Below, piece by piece: positions 1 through 10,749 of a DNA stretch of 64,000 nt; position 1 is the stretch's first letter, and each line of letters begins with the position of its first letter. The position numbers were made by a program, and so were the translations under genes. The notes beneath the pieces are model-generated. The model ran no database searches. It saw nothing but the letters and a program-made list of their open reading frames with translations, and was not told where the DNA came from. Source of the DNA: Armatimonadota bacterium (GTDB lineage Bacteria; Armatimonadota; Fimbriimonadia; Fimbriimonadales; GBS-DC); the NCBI GenBank assembly GCA_037444405.1, contig JBBIML010000016.1, forward strand, positions 15,875 to 79,874, read 5' to 3'.

Positions 1-371
1 TAGACGCCAAGATGCGTCGCGATGCCCATCCGTCGTGGGTGGGCAATCCCCTGTCCGTCCACCATCAGCAGGTCGGGCGCAAAGCGCAGGCGGGCGATGG
101 CTTCTAACAGCGCAGGCGCCTCCCGAAACGCCAGCAGCCCCGGAATGTAGGGAAACGACACAGGCAGCTCGGCGACCGCCTGATCAAGCGGAATCATGTC
201 GGGATAGCGGAGGGCGACCGCCGCGGCGTGCGCCTGCTCACCACGAAAACCCACATCCAGCCCCACCACAATCGCGCCGGGCGCGGGCGGCTCACCCTCG
301 CAAAGAACCCGCGCCCGCAACTGCTGCTGGATCGCGATTGCCTCCTCGGGCGATACATCCCAGCGGTGCAT
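1..371 (-). CDS. nfi: Endonuclease V (runs off the left edge, partial)
   Basis: Not in the ORF track. Manual translation from ATG at 371 gives [18 protein letters not shown]...GLDVGF...[12 protein letters not shown]...[22 protein letters not shown], the EndoV signature motifs. Confidence 0.93.
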   Translation of the reverse strand, partial: MHRWDVSPEEAIAIQQQLRARVLCEGEPPAPGAIVVGLDVGFRGEQAHAAAVALRYPDMIPLDQAVAELPVSFPYIPGLLAFREAPALLEAIARLRFAPDLLMVDGQGIAHPRRMGIATHLGV

Positions 372-379
372 AGCTGCCT

Positions 380-1000
380 CTATTCGCCTTCGACAGGCGC
401 GCCTGCCTCCGCTGCAATCTCCTCTGCCACCTCCTCCTCGACAGCCACCTTCGGCGCCTCTACCGTCGCGACCGTCTCGTCAGGATCGTCCAGCACCTGC
501 ACATTCGGCGGCAAAACCAGATCGCGCACATGGATCGAATCGCCGAACTCTTTGAGCGCGCTCAAATCGACCGTGATGGCTTCGGGAATGTCCTTCGGCA
601 GGCAGCGCACAGTGAGCTTCTCGATAGGGTGGATCAGTGTGCCGCCCATGCGCATCGCGTCCGATTCGCCCACGAACACAATCGGCACCTCGGTCTCGAT
701 GGGTTCGTCCATCGGCAGTGCCCAGAGGCTCACATGGCGGATGCGGGCGGTGATTGGCTCGCGATCCACCTCACGTAGCAGGGTGGCAATACGCTTGCTA
801 TCCAGCTCCACCTCGATCAGATGCGTCGTACCCGCTTCGTGCAGCACATGGAGCAGCTCGCGCTCGTTGAACTGCACCGGCTGCGACTGCCCCTTGCTGT
901 CATAGATGGCGCCGGGCACGATGCCGTTACGCAACAGCCGCCGGCTCTTCTTGCCCGTCAGCGTGCGCGGTTCCGCTTTCAGCTGCAGGGTTTTCGTCAT
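380..1000 (-). CDS. rplY: 50S ribosomal protein L25/general stress protein Ctc
   Basis: [33 protein letters not shown], a C-terminal beta domain ([14 protein letters not shown]) and an acidic tail. GGAGG RBS upstream of ATG 1000. Confidence 0.95.
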   Translation of the reverse strand: MTKTLQLKAEPRTLTGKKSRRLLRNGIVPGAIYDSKGQSQPVQFNERELLHVLHEAGTTHLIEVELDSKRIATLLREVDREPITARIRHVSLWALPMDEPIETEVPIVFVGESDAMRMGGTLIHPIEKLTVRCLPKDIPEAITVDLSALKEFGDSIHVRDLVLPPNVQVLDDPDETVATVEAPKVAVEEEVAEEIAAEAGAPVEGE

Positions 1001-1023
1001 ACAGCTCACCTCCCGCTATTGTT

Positions 1024-2442
1024 TTACCCGATAAGGCGGGAGCGCTCGCGCCAGCGGGAGGGGAGGATTCGATGCCGATTGCGGTACTTGCTGACCGTGC
1101 GGCGGGCGATGTGGATGCCCATCTCGGCAAGCTTGTCGGCAATCTCAGCGTCGGTCAGGCTGCGACCGCCGCACTCGTTCTCATCGATAATCTGATGGAT
1201 GAGCATGGCGACGCGATAGGAGGCGTCAAAGAACACGTCGAGGGGCACAAGCGAGCCGCTGGGCAACTGAAGCCATTTGTTGCGCACGGCGCGCCCGACA
1301 GTGGAGCGGTGCAGACCCGTCGCCTCCGCCAGCTCCGCACGGGTCATCGGCTGCAAAAAGCGCGGGTCGCCCGTGAAAAGGAACGGGAACTGACGCTGCA
1401 CCAGCACCTCCATGATGCGCTTGAGCGTCTGCTGCCGCTGCTGAAGCGCCTGCAGGAAGATTCGGGCGCGGCTGACATACTGGAAGATATGCTCGCGCTC
1501 CTCACGCGAGAGAGCAAAAGATTTTTCGCCGCCACTGTCCGCCCGGCGTGCCACCAAGTACTGCTCAGCGTAGCTGCGGCTCAGGCGTATCGTTTCGGGC
1601 GACGGTCCACGCAGCTCCACGCTCAGCCCTGCTGGCTTCCTGTAGCGCACAATAATATCGGGTTCTATCGGGGGCGATTCGGTGGACAGCGTCAGGTTCT
1701 CTCCGAACCCATCGCCGGGGTAGGGCGACAGCGTATTGCGAATGAACCGCAACACCCGCTGGATGGTGGCTTCATCGGTTTTCAGCTTGCGGGCGACCGC
1801 CGACAGGCGCGCACTGGTCAGCTCGTGCCAGGCGTCTTTGACCACCCGATAGGTAAGTTCCACCAGCTCCTGATCCACCTGCGGGTTGCCCATCAATGCT
1901 CGGAGCTGGATCAGCATGCACTCACGCAGGTCGCGCGCACCCACACCCGGCGGGTCGCACCGCTGCAACTCGGCTAACACCCGCATCACCGCTTCAGGCG
2001 AGCAGTTCAACTGCAGCGCGACCTCCTCCACAGAAGCCTGAAGATAGCCACGCGGGTTCAGCGACTCGACCAGATAGTCGGCAATCGGGTGCAATTCAGA
2101 TGGCAGGTTCAGCAGCAGCTGCTCGCGCACATGCTCCTTCAGCTCCAGCGGCGGCACCGCCAGCCACTCCTCGCTCGCCTCCTCTTCTTCAAACCAGCTG
2201 TTCTCGACATCCTCATCGGGATCGCTGGTATCGGTGGAGATAATCACAGGCTGGAATGCGGGGGTGAACGGCTGGGACTCATCGGTGGGTTCCAGCGCGG
2301 GGTTCTCCTCCAGCTCCTGGGCGAGCAACTGCTCCAGCTGCTGGACATTGAGTTCGAGCATACGCGCCAGCAGCTTCAGTCCGGGGCTGGCTTGCACCCC
2401 GACCTTGACCTGCGCTTTAGCCCCTGCCCTTATTTGAGCCAT
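1024..2442 (-). CDS. rpoN: RNA polymerase sigma-54 factor
   Basis: ELEENPALE, DPPGVGARDLREC, HTH HRSTVGRAVRNK and the RpoN box ARRTVSKYR. Start placed at MAQIR. Confidence 0.92.
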   Translation of the reverse strand: MAQIRAGAKAQVKVGVQASPGLKLLARMLELNVQQLEQLLAQELEENPALEPTDESQPFTPAFQPVIISTDTSDPDEDVENSWFEEEEASEEWLAVPPLELKEHVREQLLLNLPSELHPIADYLVESLNPRGYLQASVEEVALQLNCSPEAVMRVLAELQRCDPPGVGARDLRECMLIQLRALMGNPQVDQELVELTYRVVKDAWHELTSARLSAVARKLKTDEATIQRVLRFIRNTLSPYPGDGFGENLTLSTESPPIEPDIIVRYRKPAGLSVELRGPSPETIRLSRSYAEQYLVARRADSGGEKSFALSREEREHIFQYVSRARIFLQALQQRQQTLKRIMEVLVQRQFPFLFTGDPRFLQPMTRAELAEATGLHRSTVGRAVRNKWLQLPSGSLVPLDVFFDASYRVAMLIHQIIDENECGGRSLTDAEIADKLAEMGIHIARRTVSKYRNRHRILPSRWRERSRLIG

Positions 2443-2462
2443 CGTGCCCTCCAGTAGCCTGT

Positions 2463-2498
2463 CTATGGAGTGCTGAAGCCCTGCTTCAGCACCCATAG
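2463..2498. repeat. REP-like palindrome, family A (TGGA-GTGCTGAAGC-nnn-GCTTCAGCAC)
   Basis: ctatggagtgctgaagccctgcttcagcacccatag. Related copies at 4949-4979 and 18150-18180, all intergenic. Confidence 0.7.
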
Positions 2499-2502
2499 TC
2501 TG

Positions 2503-3909
2503 CTATTCGACGCCTGCGCCGATTTTCCTGCTTTCGGATGGCTCAGCGGCGCACACGCAGTTGCGCCCGCTGGCTTTGGCGCGATAGAGCGCCTGGTCAG
2601 CAGCCTCGATCAGCTCCTGCGGACTTGCCATCCCCGGCTGATAGCTGGCGACGCCGAAGCTGGCGGTGACGGGTCCCTGTGGAGCGCAGAGGCACGACTC
2701 CGACCCCAGCGCCTCCCATGCGCCTGCGGCGATGGCTTCACGCAACCGTTCCGCAACAGTGAGGGCGCTGGTCAAATCGGTGCTGGGCAGCACCACAGCA
2801 AACTCCTCACCGCCATAACGCGCCACAAAGTCGCTCTGGCGCACCGTCTGAACAAGTATCCGGGCAACCTGCTTCAGCACCTCGTCGCCCACAAGATGAC
2901 CGTAGGTGTCGTTCAGCCGCTTGAAATGGTCGACATCCAGCAGAATGAGCGAGAGTGGGCGGTTGTGGCGCTGCGCCTCGGCGAGCTGCTGACGCAAAAA
3001 ATCCTGAAAGGCGCGATGGTTGGGAATGCCCGTCAGCCCATCCGCAAGCGCCATCCGCTGCAGATGGCGCTCGTACTCCACCCGATCCGACGCATCGACC
3101 ACCGCCACGATGCCGCCGACCACCTCGCCATTCGGATTGCTCAGCGGGAACGCACTGCGCATCACCGAGCGAATCTGACCTGACGCGGTGGGGATCTCCA
3201 CAGGCTCCTTATCGCGCACAGTCTCGCCTGCTAACACGCCTTCGACGAGCGAACGCATATCGGCGGTGGCTCCCTCACGGAACACCGTTTCATAGACGGG
3301 ACGGAACAGCACCTGCTGCTTGGGATAGCCGAACAGCTGCTCCGCTGCCTGGTTCCACTCGTGGAGCGTGCCTTCGGCGTCGAAGGTGAAGCAGGCGATG
3401 GGCAGGTTCTCGAACAGCTCGGTGAAGCGGCGATTCGCATGGATGAGCAGTCGCTGAGAATGCTCCAGCTCCTCGGCGCGTGCTTTCAACTCCTCGTTGA
3501 GCGATTGCAGATGCTGGCTCTGCGTACGCAGCCGCTCCTCCATCTCCAGAATGCGGCGGGCGACGCTGAGGCGGGCGCGTAGCTCGGCGCTGTTGACAGG
3601 CTTGTAGAGAAAGTCATCCGCTCCCGCTTCTAAAGCCATGAGCTTGGTCGTCTCATCGCCACTGCCTGTGAGCATGATCAGGTACACATAACCCTCACAG
3701 GCATGGGCGCGCAGCCGCCGACAGAGTTCGATGCCGTCCATGTGGGGCATCAGCCAGTCGGTCAGCACCAGTGGCACTGGCTCCTGCTGGAACAGCTGCC
3801 ACGCCTGCTCACCATCATGAGCCATGCGCACCTCGTAGCCCTCCCGTCGCAGGAGGCGCTCCAGTCCGCGCGCAACCACCCGATCATCGTCCACCACCAG
3901 CGCTCGCAT
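2503..3909 (-). CDS. Response regulator / PAS / GGDEF diguanylate cyclase
   Basis: Receiver domain (VVDDD...DWLMP...KP), PAS (WNQAAEQLFGY), intact ARYGGEEF with RxxD I-site (RQSD). Confidence 0.92.
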   Translation of the reverse strand: MRALVVDDDRVVARGLERLLRREGYEVRMAHDGEQAWQLFQQEPVPLVLTDWLMPHMDGIELCRRLRAHACEGYVYLIMLTGSGDETTKLMALEAGADDFLYKPVNSAELRARLSVARRILEMEERLRTQSQHLQSLNEELKARAEELEHSQRLLIHANRRFTELFENLPIACFTFDAEGTLHEWNQAAEQLFGYPKQQVLFRPVYETVFREGATADMRSLVEGVLAGETVRDKEPVEIPTASGQIRSVMRSAFPLSNPNGEVVGGIVAVVDASDRVEYERHLQRMALADGLTGIPNHRAFQDFLRQQLAEAQRHNRPLSLILLDVDHFKRLNDTYGHLVGDEVLKQVARILVQTVRQSDFVARYGGEEFAVVLPSTDLTSALTVAERLREAIAAGAWEALGSESCLCAPQGPVTASFGVASYQPGMASPQELIEAADQALYRAKASGRNCVCAAEPSESRKIGAGVE

Positions 3910-4058
3910 CGTTCGTTCCTCTTGTGGGGTTATTCCATGCGCGCTGCCCAATCTCTCATGAAAATCGGCGTGTCGCCGCCCCGCAAAAGGATGTCGTTCC
4001 CGCGTTAGCATTTTCAGGCGCGGGCATGCCATCCTCTCCATCGAGGAGGAAAATAGCG

Positions 4059-4892
4059 ATGCGCTGGACAGTTGCGATGGGTTTGATGGGTCTGATGGCG
4101 TTGCTGTGCGCTCAACAGAGCTATCAGGCGCAGCCGACGGACGATGTATGGTACTACGATAACGCTTTCAATCCGGGCTTCACAGCGATTTTGCGCTGCT
4201 GGGGCGACGGCACGAACGCAGTCGACCCCACAGGCGACCGACCCCGACTGAACTTCTCTTACTCGCTGGCGAAATGGAGTTTGTCGCCCTTCCAGTCCGG
4301 GGTACGCTATCAGCTGTTAGAAGCCCGAATCGTCGTGACCCAGACCCAGCCGCCTGGCTACACGCGCGAGGAGGGCGAGCAATATCCGCTGGAGGCGCGC
4401 GATCTGAGCCACACAAACTGGAACGAAGCCACATGGGACTATAATGCGCCCGATAACCCCTATCCCGGCACCCAGATTTTCGGCACAGGCTCCATGCTCA
4501 ACTATCGCACCGACGCGCCCTTCACCATCCCCATCGATCTGCTCGCCGAAGGGAGCGATTTTGAAGCCTACTTCCATCAGGCGGTGAACACAACGGGCGA
4601 GCTGGGGATTGCGTTTGTGTCGACGATGAATCCAGCAGAGCAGGGCGGCACGCGCTTCTATCGCTTCTATTCGCGCAACGATGCGGGCGGGCGCGGTCCA
4701 ATCCTTCAGCTGGTCTATCGCGTGGCGGGCGATGTGGACGGCAACGGCTGCACCGACGATGCCGACCTGCTGAGCGTGCTGTTCGCCTTCGGGCAATCGG
4801 GGAGCAACCTGCCGCAGGATTTGAACGGCGACGGTATCGTGGACGACGCCGACCTGCTGACTGTGCTGTTCAACTTCGGCAATGGGTGCTAA
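4059..4892 (+). CDS. Secreted protein with C-terminal dockerin-like double EF-hand repeat
   Basis: GAGGAGG RBS, signal peptide, and GDVDGNGCTDDADLLSVLFAFG...DLNGDGIVDDADLLTVLFNFG. Confidence 0.8.
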   Translation: MRWTVAMGLMGLMALLCAQQSYQAQPTDDVWYYDNAFNPGFTAILRCWGDGTNAVDPTGDRPRLNFSYSLAKWSLSPFQSGVRYQLLEARIVVTQTQPPGYTREEGEQYPLEARDLSHTNWNEATWDYNAPDNPYPGTQIFGTGSMLNYRTDAPFTIPIDLLAEGSDFEAYFHQAVNTTGELGIAFVSTMNPAEQGGTRFYRFYSRNDAGGRGPILQLVYRVAGDVDGNGCTDDADLLSVLFAFGQSGSNLPQDLNGDGIVDDADLLTVLFNFGNGC

Positions 4893-4933
4893 CCCTCACC
4901 CCCTGCCCCTCTCCCACGCTGTGGGAGAGGGGA
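4893..4933. repeat. REP-like palindrome, family B (CCCTCTCCC...GGGAGAGGG / CCCTCACCC)
   Basis: ccctcaccccctgcccctctcccacgctgtgggagagggg. Related copies at 16647-16724, 46473-46613 and 49565-49653. Confidence 0.75.
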
Positions 4934-4948
4934 GTTTCTGGATAGTTC

Positions 4949-4979
4949 TGGAGTGCTGAAGCGCAGCTTCAGCGGTCCA
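4949..4979. repeat. REP-like palindrome, family A
   Basis: tggagtgctgaagcgcagcttcagcggtcca. Confidence 0.65.
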
Positions 4980-4996
4980 CAGAGAGCGAGGTTCAC

Positions 4997-5731
4997 ATGG
5001 CACGCAGGGGTTTCACGCTGATTGAGCTGCTGGTCGTGATGGCAATTATCGCCATTCTGGCGTCAGTGCTGTTCCCCGTGCTGGCGCAGGCGCGCGCTAA
5101 AGCCCGCCAGAGCCAGTGCATGAGCAATCTGCGCCAGATTGCCATCGCCGCCCAGCTCTATCTGCAGGATTACGACGAGCGGTTCTTTCCCGCCTACTAC
5201 ATCGGGCAGGGCGGTCAGACCCAGCCGAATAATTACGGCTACTTCTTCTGGCCGTGGCTGCTGCGTCCCTACACGCAGGCGTTCAACCTCTTCTGGTGCC
5301 CCGACGAGCCGCCCAGCAACTGCCGCGAGCTGAGCCATCCCTACTTTGGCTATGTGTTCGGTCGCTTCCCCGCGTGGGGCTATCATCAGGTGCTGTTCTC
5401 GCCCGGTATCGATGTCTATAATCCGACCGAATATCCGTTCCAGCCGATCGCGCTCGGCAAAGTGGCGCGTCCAGCCGAGATTGTGCTGTTTGTGGAGAGC
5501 ATCACGCTGGCGACCAGCGGGCAGGGCAGCACCTGCACAGGCTATCAGCAGCTGGGCTATGCGATGGTCTATCCCCCTCAATACTGGCAGGGCGAGCCGC
5601 CCCTGCGCCCGATGAGCTACGGGCACTGCTGGCACCGCCATTTCCAGCGGTTCGCCACCACCGCCTTCACCGACGGGCACATCAAGCCGATGACGCTCGG
5701 CGAGCTGCGTAAAACCTCGTACTGGGAATAG
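4997..5731 (+). CDS. Prepilin-type N-terminal cleavage/methylation protein (DUF1559 / H-X9-DG type)
   Basis: [35 protein letters not shown] and C-terminal RH...FTDGH. Confidence 0.9.
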   Translation: MARRGFTLIELLVVMAIIAILASVLFPVLAQARAKARQSQCMSNLRQIAIAAQLYLQDYDERFFPAYYIGQGGQTQPNNYGYFFWPWLLRPYTQAFNLFWCPDEPPSNCRELSHPYFGYVFGRFPAWGYHQVLFSPGIDVYNPTEYPFQPIALGKVARPAEIVLFVESITLATSGQGSTCTGYQQLGYAMVYPPQYWQGEPPLRPMSYGHCWHRHFQRFATTAFTDGHIKPMTLGELRKTSYWE

Positions 5732-5737
5732 CCTGTC

Positions 5738-7741
5738 TCAGCTCAGCAAGGGCGCGAACACCAGCGCGACGATGCTCATCAACTTGATGAGGATATTCAT
5801 GCTGGGACCGGTGGTGTCCTTGAAGGGGTCGCCGACCGTATCGCCGACGACGGCGGCTTTGTGCGCCTCACTCCCCTTGCCGCCCTCGTGCCCTTCCTCA
5901 ATCCACTTTTTGGCGTTGTCCCATGCGCCGCCTGCATTCGCCATCATCAGCCCGATGACAACGCCCGTGGCGAGCGCGCCCGCCAGGAAGCCGCCCAGCG
6001 CCTCCGCACCAAGCAGGTAGCCAACCGTTAGCGGCGCGGCAACGGCAATCGTGCCCGGCAGCACCATCTCGCGCAGAGCCGCCGCCGTCACAATATCGAT
6101 ACAGCGGTTATAGTCTGGTGTGCCGCGCCCTTCCAGCAGACCCAGCTCATGGAACTGGCGACGCACTTCCGCCACCATCTGGTCCGAAGCGCGGGCGACC
6201 GCCCTCAGCGTGAGCGCGGCGAACAGGTTCGGCAACGCGACACCGATCAGCAACCCGATCAGCGTCTGGGGATTGGTCAGGCTGATGGCTTTCAGCCCCG
6301 TCTGGCTCTGGTAGGCGGCGAACAGCGCGAGGGCGGTGAGCGCGGCGCTGCCAATTGCGAAGCCCTTGCCAATCGCTGCCGTCGTGTTGCCCAGGGCGTC
6401 GAGACGGTCGGTGATTCTGCGCAGCGACTCGCCGAAGCCCGCCACCTGCGCGATGCCGCCCGCATTATCGGCGATGGGTCCGTAGCTGTCCGCGCTCATC
6501 ACGATGCCAATCGTCGCCAGCATGCCGACGCCTGCCAGCGCGATCCCGTACAGCCCGCTGCTAATATAGGCGAGCCAGATGGCGCCCGCAATCCCCAGCA
6601 GGGGCAGCACGGTGCTGAGATAGCCCACCGCCACGCCCGACAGAATGTTGGTCGCCGTCCCATAGCGCGAGGAGCGCGCAATCTGGCGGATGGGCGGTCC
6701 ACTGGTGTAATACTGGCTCACCGCGCCGATAAATAGTCCCGCGAGCAACCCTGCCAGCACCGCCCAGTACGGCTTCAGCGAGCCGAGCATCGCCTGCACA
6801 AGCCATGCCGCGCCTGCCGCGAACAGCGCCATCGTCAGCAGGGTCGCGCCGTTCAGCGCCCACTGCGGCTCCATCCCGCGAAAGAGGCGAATAGCCAGCA
6901 CGCCAATCACCGACGCCAGCAGTCCGCAGGCAATCAGCGCGAGCGGCAACAGCAGATAAGCCAGGGGTCTGCCTTCGGCAGCGCCCACCGCCGCGCCAAT
7001 GACCGCTGCCGCCACCACCGAGCCGACATAGCTCTCGAACAGGTCCGCGCCCATCCCGGCGGTGTCGCCCACATTATCACCCACATTGTCCGCCAGCACA
7101 GCGGGGTTGCGCGGATCGTCTTCAGGGATGCCCGCCTCCACCTTGCCCACCAGATCGGCGCCCACATCGGCGGCTTTGGTGTAGATGCCGCCGCCCACCC
7201 GCGCGAACAGCGCGACCGACGACGCGCCCATCGAATAGCCCGTCAGGTACTGCACCAGCATCGGCATCGCCAGCGACTGACCCAGCAGGATTAGCAGTCC
7301 AATTCCAAACAGCCCCAGCGCGGCGACCGATAGCCCCATCACCGAGCCGCCCGTGAACGCAACCACCAGCGCACGCTCTATCCCGCCAAGCCGCGCCGCC
7401 TCCGCCGAGCGCACCCCACTGCGCGTGGACGCCTTCATACCGATATAGCCCGCCAGCATCGAACTGACCGCCCCGAACAGATAGGCGGCGCCCACCAGCG
7501 GCGCACGCGCATAAAACGCCCCCGTCAATACCACCGTCAGCGCGAGTGCGAAAAGGGCGATGGCTCTATACTCGCGCCGCAGGAAGGTCATCGCGCCGTC
7601 GTGAATCGCCTGCGCATAGCGGCGCATCGCCTCCGTGCCGTCAGGATGGCGCTTGATGGCATAGTAGTTCAGCCCTGCCAGTAATATGCCCGCGCCACCC
7701 AGCCCTGTCGCCATATAGGGAATCTCAGGGAACCACTCCAT
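5738..7741 (-). CDS. hppA: Membrane-bound ion-translocating pyrophosphatase (K+-dependent type)
   Basis: [46 protein letters not shown] (Ala marks K+-dependent enzymes) and [11 protein letters not shown]. Confidence 0.96.
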   Translation of the reverse strand: MEWFPEIPYMATGLGGAGILLAGLNYYAIKRHPDGTEAMRRYAQAIHDGAMTFLRREYRAIALFALALTVVLTGAFYARAPLVGAAYLFGAVSSMLAGYIGMKASTRSGVRSAEAARLGGIERALVVAFTGGSVMGLSVAALGLFGIGLLILLGQSLAMPMLVQYLTGYSMGASSVALFARVGGGIYTKAADVGADLVGKVEAGIPEDDPRNPAVLADNVGDNVGDTAGMGADLFESYVGSVVAAAVIGAAVGAAEGRPLAYLLLPLALIACGLLASVIGVLAIRLFRGMEPQWALNGATLLTMALFAAGAAWLVQAMLGSLKPYWAVLAGLLAGLFIGAVSQYYTSGPPIRQIARSSRYGTATNILSGVAVGYLSTVLPLLGIAGAIWLAYISSGLYGIALAGVGMLATIGIVMSADSYGPIADNAGGIAQVAGFGESLRRITDRLDALGNTTAAIGKGFAIGSAALTALALFAAYQSQTGLKAISLTNPQTLIGLLIGVALPNLFAALTLRAVARASDQMVAEVRRQFHELGLLEGRGTPDYNRCIDIVTAAALREMVLPGTIAVAAPLTVGYLLGAEALGGFLAGALATGVVIGLMMANAGGAWDNAKKWIEEGHEGGKGSEAHKAAVVGDTVGDPFKDTTGPSMNILIKLMSIVALVFAPLLS

Positions 7742-7894
7742 CGCGAGTAAGTATACCCAGCATCCTGACCCTCTCCCTCACACCATGTGATCAAGAAGAG
7801 GGGTTCAGCAGGGGCGGACTGGCTCTGTGTGAGCACCCGCCTCCTGCAGGCGTTGCGCCCAGTAGGGCAGACCCTCAGCCGGCACCAGCAGACC

Positions 7895-8297
7895 CTGCTC
7901 CAGAATAATGACGCATATTCCCCGTCGCCACACCAATCCCCAGCACCCGTGTCGTCGCCCCTATCAACACATCCGCATCATCCAGACGCGCCCCACGCAG
8001 CGACGGCGGCACATCAAGGGGCATCGATCTCAATCAAGTGCCCGCCTACTACTCTGCGTCAACAGATTTCACCCCGTTCCATCCCACGCCGCGCTGTCCC
8101 GGTTCGTGAAAGCGGTCAGTTTGGGGTCGTGTATCACGCAGGGCTTGCGCGGCTTGCGGGAGGGCGCTCTCGCTCGGAGCCGCCTGTGTCAGTTCCTATC
8201 GCAGTTGCTGCAGGGCTTCCTCAATCACTGTCAGGCGCTCAGTGGGGCTGAGCTGGGTCAGTGCCTGCAGAACCTGCAGAATATGCGCTGTGTCCAT
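7895..8297 (-). pseudogene. Degraded toxin-antitoxin remnants (antitoxin-like with internal stop, MazF-like start, PIN C-terminal fragment)
   Basis: ATG 8297 gives MDTAHILQVLQALTQLSPTERLTVIEEALQQLR* with an in-frame continuation. ATG 8082 gives MERGEIC*. About 7900-7990 reads LDDADVLIGATTRVLGIGVATGNMRHY, a PIN-like tail. Confidence 0.5.
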
Positions 8298-8446
8298 CGG
8301 TTTCACCTGAATGGATTATATCCCTGCCCTTGCGGAATGCCTGCTTGAGGGGGTAACGGCTTTGCTCAGGTCAGTGTCAAATGATTTTCTCTGGCTCATA
8401 GTGGGGTGATTATGTCCGATTCACTTTCTTGGAGAGAGAGAGTCTC

Positions 8447-8827
8447 TCATTGCTTGTTCACTTCCTTGGAGGGTCTCTCGGTTTCTTCAATTTCTTCGCG
8501 TTTACCAATCAGTAAAGATACTGTGGAATATTTCCAATAAAACAACTGTATAAATGTGAAAATAAATATTATAATAAATATTTTCAAACCAAAATCGAAT
8601 AATCTAAATAGTGTAAACCAGCTTAATATAATAAATATACCAAAAATAAGATGAATTAAATCCGCTATTAGATTTCGGCAAGACAAGTAATAGCCTTTCT
8701 GTGAAAGCAAGCGGCACCGCGTACGACGCCCCATCAATTCAGGAATAGATCCCAAGACTAAGGCTATTCCCAATGCCAGGACCATGTAATCCATAAGCTG
8801 GTACAGTAACAGCAGCATATCCACCAT
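8447..8827 (-). CDS. Putative immunity protein (membrane, very AT-rich)
   Basis: Directly downstream of the Rhs toxin tip, with about 3 hydrophobic helices and a sharp drop in GC. Confidence 0.6.
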   Translation of the reverse strand: MVDMLLLLYQLMDYMVLALGIALVLGSIPELMGRRTRCRLLSQKGYYLSCRNLIADLIHLIFGIFIILSWFTLFRLFDFGLKIFIIIFIFTFIQLFYWKYSTVSLLIGKREEIEETERPSKEVNKQ

Positions 8828-8840
8828 TCGCAAATATCCT

Positions 8841-9572
8841 TCACCACCCCAACCCATAAAACGGAAGGCTTTCTGCGCGATCGTGTTCTGTCGGATCGGC
8901 AACCACCAGATAAGCCAAGGTGAGCTGCGTCACTGCGTAGATAGTAGTCAAAGAAGCTAAGGCCCCCTCAATCATTATTGCCCGAACACCTGTAGCTGCA
9001 ACATCACCTCTGGTTTTTCGAAATGCCTCATAAATCTTCATCATATTACTAAGACCTGCTAGCGATGCTACTAACGCTTCGATTCCCTCAAGAACATGCT
9101 GGATCGCTTTCCACCCTGCCCAATCCAAGCCATGCAGATTAGCAAGCTTGGTCAGGAAATAAAAGACTAAAGCACCTATACGCCATTTATTCCCAAGTTT
9201 AGTCAATTCCCACAGGTCTGGCTGCGAGGAGGTTCCTTCCGCATCCACCTTCCCCACTGGATTCCCATCGGCATAGAGATACCAGTTCACCCCATCCCGT
9301 GAAGGGTCTTCACTGATAAACCGACCTGTCAAAGGCTCGTAATATCGCGCCCGCATATAGACCAAGCCCGTCTCATCCTCAGGGTGTCCCAGATTGGTGC
9401 AATAGCCCCTGCCTGTACCCAGCGAACCCTGCACCTCACCCCATACCCCACGCCACTGAAAACTGGAGAGCGCATAGGTAGACGCCATCGTGCGCACCAG
9501 GTTGCCATGCCCATCATACAGCAACCAGTTCAGGCTCGCCTGATTACCTCGCGTATGGTCTATCGTCAACAC
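8841..9572 (-). CDS. Orphan Rhs-repeat core with variable C-terminal toxin domain (5'-truncated)
   Basis: YDGHGN, TGLVYMRARYYEPLTGRFISEDP, NWYLYADGNPVGKVDAEG (DPxG-like cleavage motif), then a hydrophobic lower-GC tip. Confidence 0.88.
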   Translation of the reverse strand: MLTIDHTRGNQASLNWLLYDGHGNLVRTMASTYALSSFQWRGVWGEVQGSLGTGRGYCTNLGHPEDETGLVYMRARYYEPLTGRFISEDPSRDGVNWYLYADGNPVGKVDAEGTSSQPDLWELTKLGNKWRIGALVFYFLTKLANLHGLDWAGWKAIQHVLEGIEALVASLAGLSNMMKIYEAFRKTRGDVAATGVRAIMIEGALASLTTIYAVTQLTLAYLVVADPTEHDRAESLPFYGLGW

Positions 9573-9577
9573 CGCTT

Positions 9578-10003
9578 CTATCCCTCCTCCCGCCAGTTCA
9601 CTACACGCAACGGATAACCCAGCGCCTGTATACGCGCGTAATGCTCCACATTTCCCGACACCAGCACCAGATCATAACTTATCGCCAGAGCCGCTACCAT
9701 CGGATCCGCACGCCCTATCCGCTGACCTACCCGACACAGATCCCCATCAATCCGCCCTGCCAGCACCGCACTCTCTTTATCCAGCATCAGCACCTCCATC
9801 GCCTGCAACGCCTGCAAAAACCGCTCCAACTGTTCCCAGCGTTCCACTCGCTGCAGCCCACTCACCACCTCCATCACCGACACTACCGAAACCGTCAGCA
9901 CCCTGTGCTGTGCCAGATACACCTGTGCCTGCGCCACCACCTGTGGATGGCGTCCCTTGAGTACCTCCGAGAGCATATCGGTATCAAGTAAGGCTTTGTC
10001 CAT
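9578..10003 (-). CDS. PIN-domain (VapC-type) toxin
   Basis: ALLDTDMLSE, SVMEV, ADPMVAALA and LVSGNVEHY. Confidence 0.9.
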   Translation of the reverse strand: MDKALLDTDMLSEVLKGRHPQVVAQAQVYLAQHRVLTVSVVSVMEVVSGLQRVERWEQLERFLQALQAMEVLMLDKESAVLAGRIDGDLCRVGQRIGRADPMVAALAISYDLVLVSGNVEHYARIQALGYPLRVVNWREEG

Positions 10004-10217
10004 CGTCTCCACGCAGGGGGCGCGTCTCGCGTTCGTGCATCACGGTTTCTATCAGGCAATCCAGCAGGTCAGCGTCTTCCGCAAACAGTCCAATCAGGCG
10101 GTGGCTGTCGGGTGCCGTCAGCGGCTGAATCAGCACCCGCACCCGCGTGCCCTGTGGCAGGTTGACCGGTTCTTCCAGTTCGATTCGGTTGCCGTGAACG
10201 GTTCCGATGTGGGTCAT
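9984..10217 (-). CDS. Antitoxin (AF2212/DUF104-like AbrB fold)
   Basis: GTVHGNRIELEEPVNLPQGTRVRV, overlapping the PIN gene start. Confidence 0.75.
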   Translation of the reverse strand: MTHIGTVHGNRIELEEPVNLPQGTRVRVLIQPLTAPDSHRLIGLFAEDADLLDCLIETVMHERETRPLRGDDGQSLT

Positions 10218-10222
10218 TCCTA

Positions 10223-10552
10223 TCACCTCATAAGGAAGTGTACCCTAACAGTGGGAGAGTGGTTATCCCAATATGGATTGGCAGGCGGTTTGCGCAAAGG
10301 CTCCAGATAGGATGTCGGTATCAAGGGATGGCAGGTTTCATCGGGAGTTCTGCAGAGCTGGATGGAGCGCTCCTGCATCATCTGGCGTAGGGCTTCGATT
10401 AGTTCGGACTGGTCTGCCAGCGGTCCCCAGAGGGGGTCAGGCAGGAGCGTGCGCAGTTCCACTTCCACCTGTGTGCCGTCGGGCAGGGGCGGTTCCTGCT
10501 CCAGTTCAATCGTGCGCCCGCGTATCACTCCGCGTAAACCCATCACGCTCAC
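10223..10552 (-). pseudogene. Second paralogous antitoxin running into a frameshifted PIN remnant
   Basis: GVIRGRTIELEQEPPLPDGTQVEV parallels the 9984 ORF. ATG at 10341 reads MKPAI then, after a +1 shift, LDTDILS. Confidence 0.6.
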
Positions 10553-10749
10553 CTAAAAAGAGGATACCTTACTCTGGCACTGGGCGCGGCAAACTGGGAA
10601 CCCTGTTCATCCTGCGCTCTCATCCATCAGCTGCCCCTCGTGCCTGCAAGGCTCCTCTGAAGATTCCAGAGCCAATCTCATCGCTTCCCGAAGGTGCTGC
10701 AGAGCTTTTTCGCCCTCGCGGATGCAGTCTACTGGCTGTAATAAGAGCC

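Noticed and set aside
7787..8348. Plus-strand ORFs 7787-8251 and 7908-8348
   Set aside because: No recognisable motifs. The minus strand carries TA-like remnants that explain the region better.
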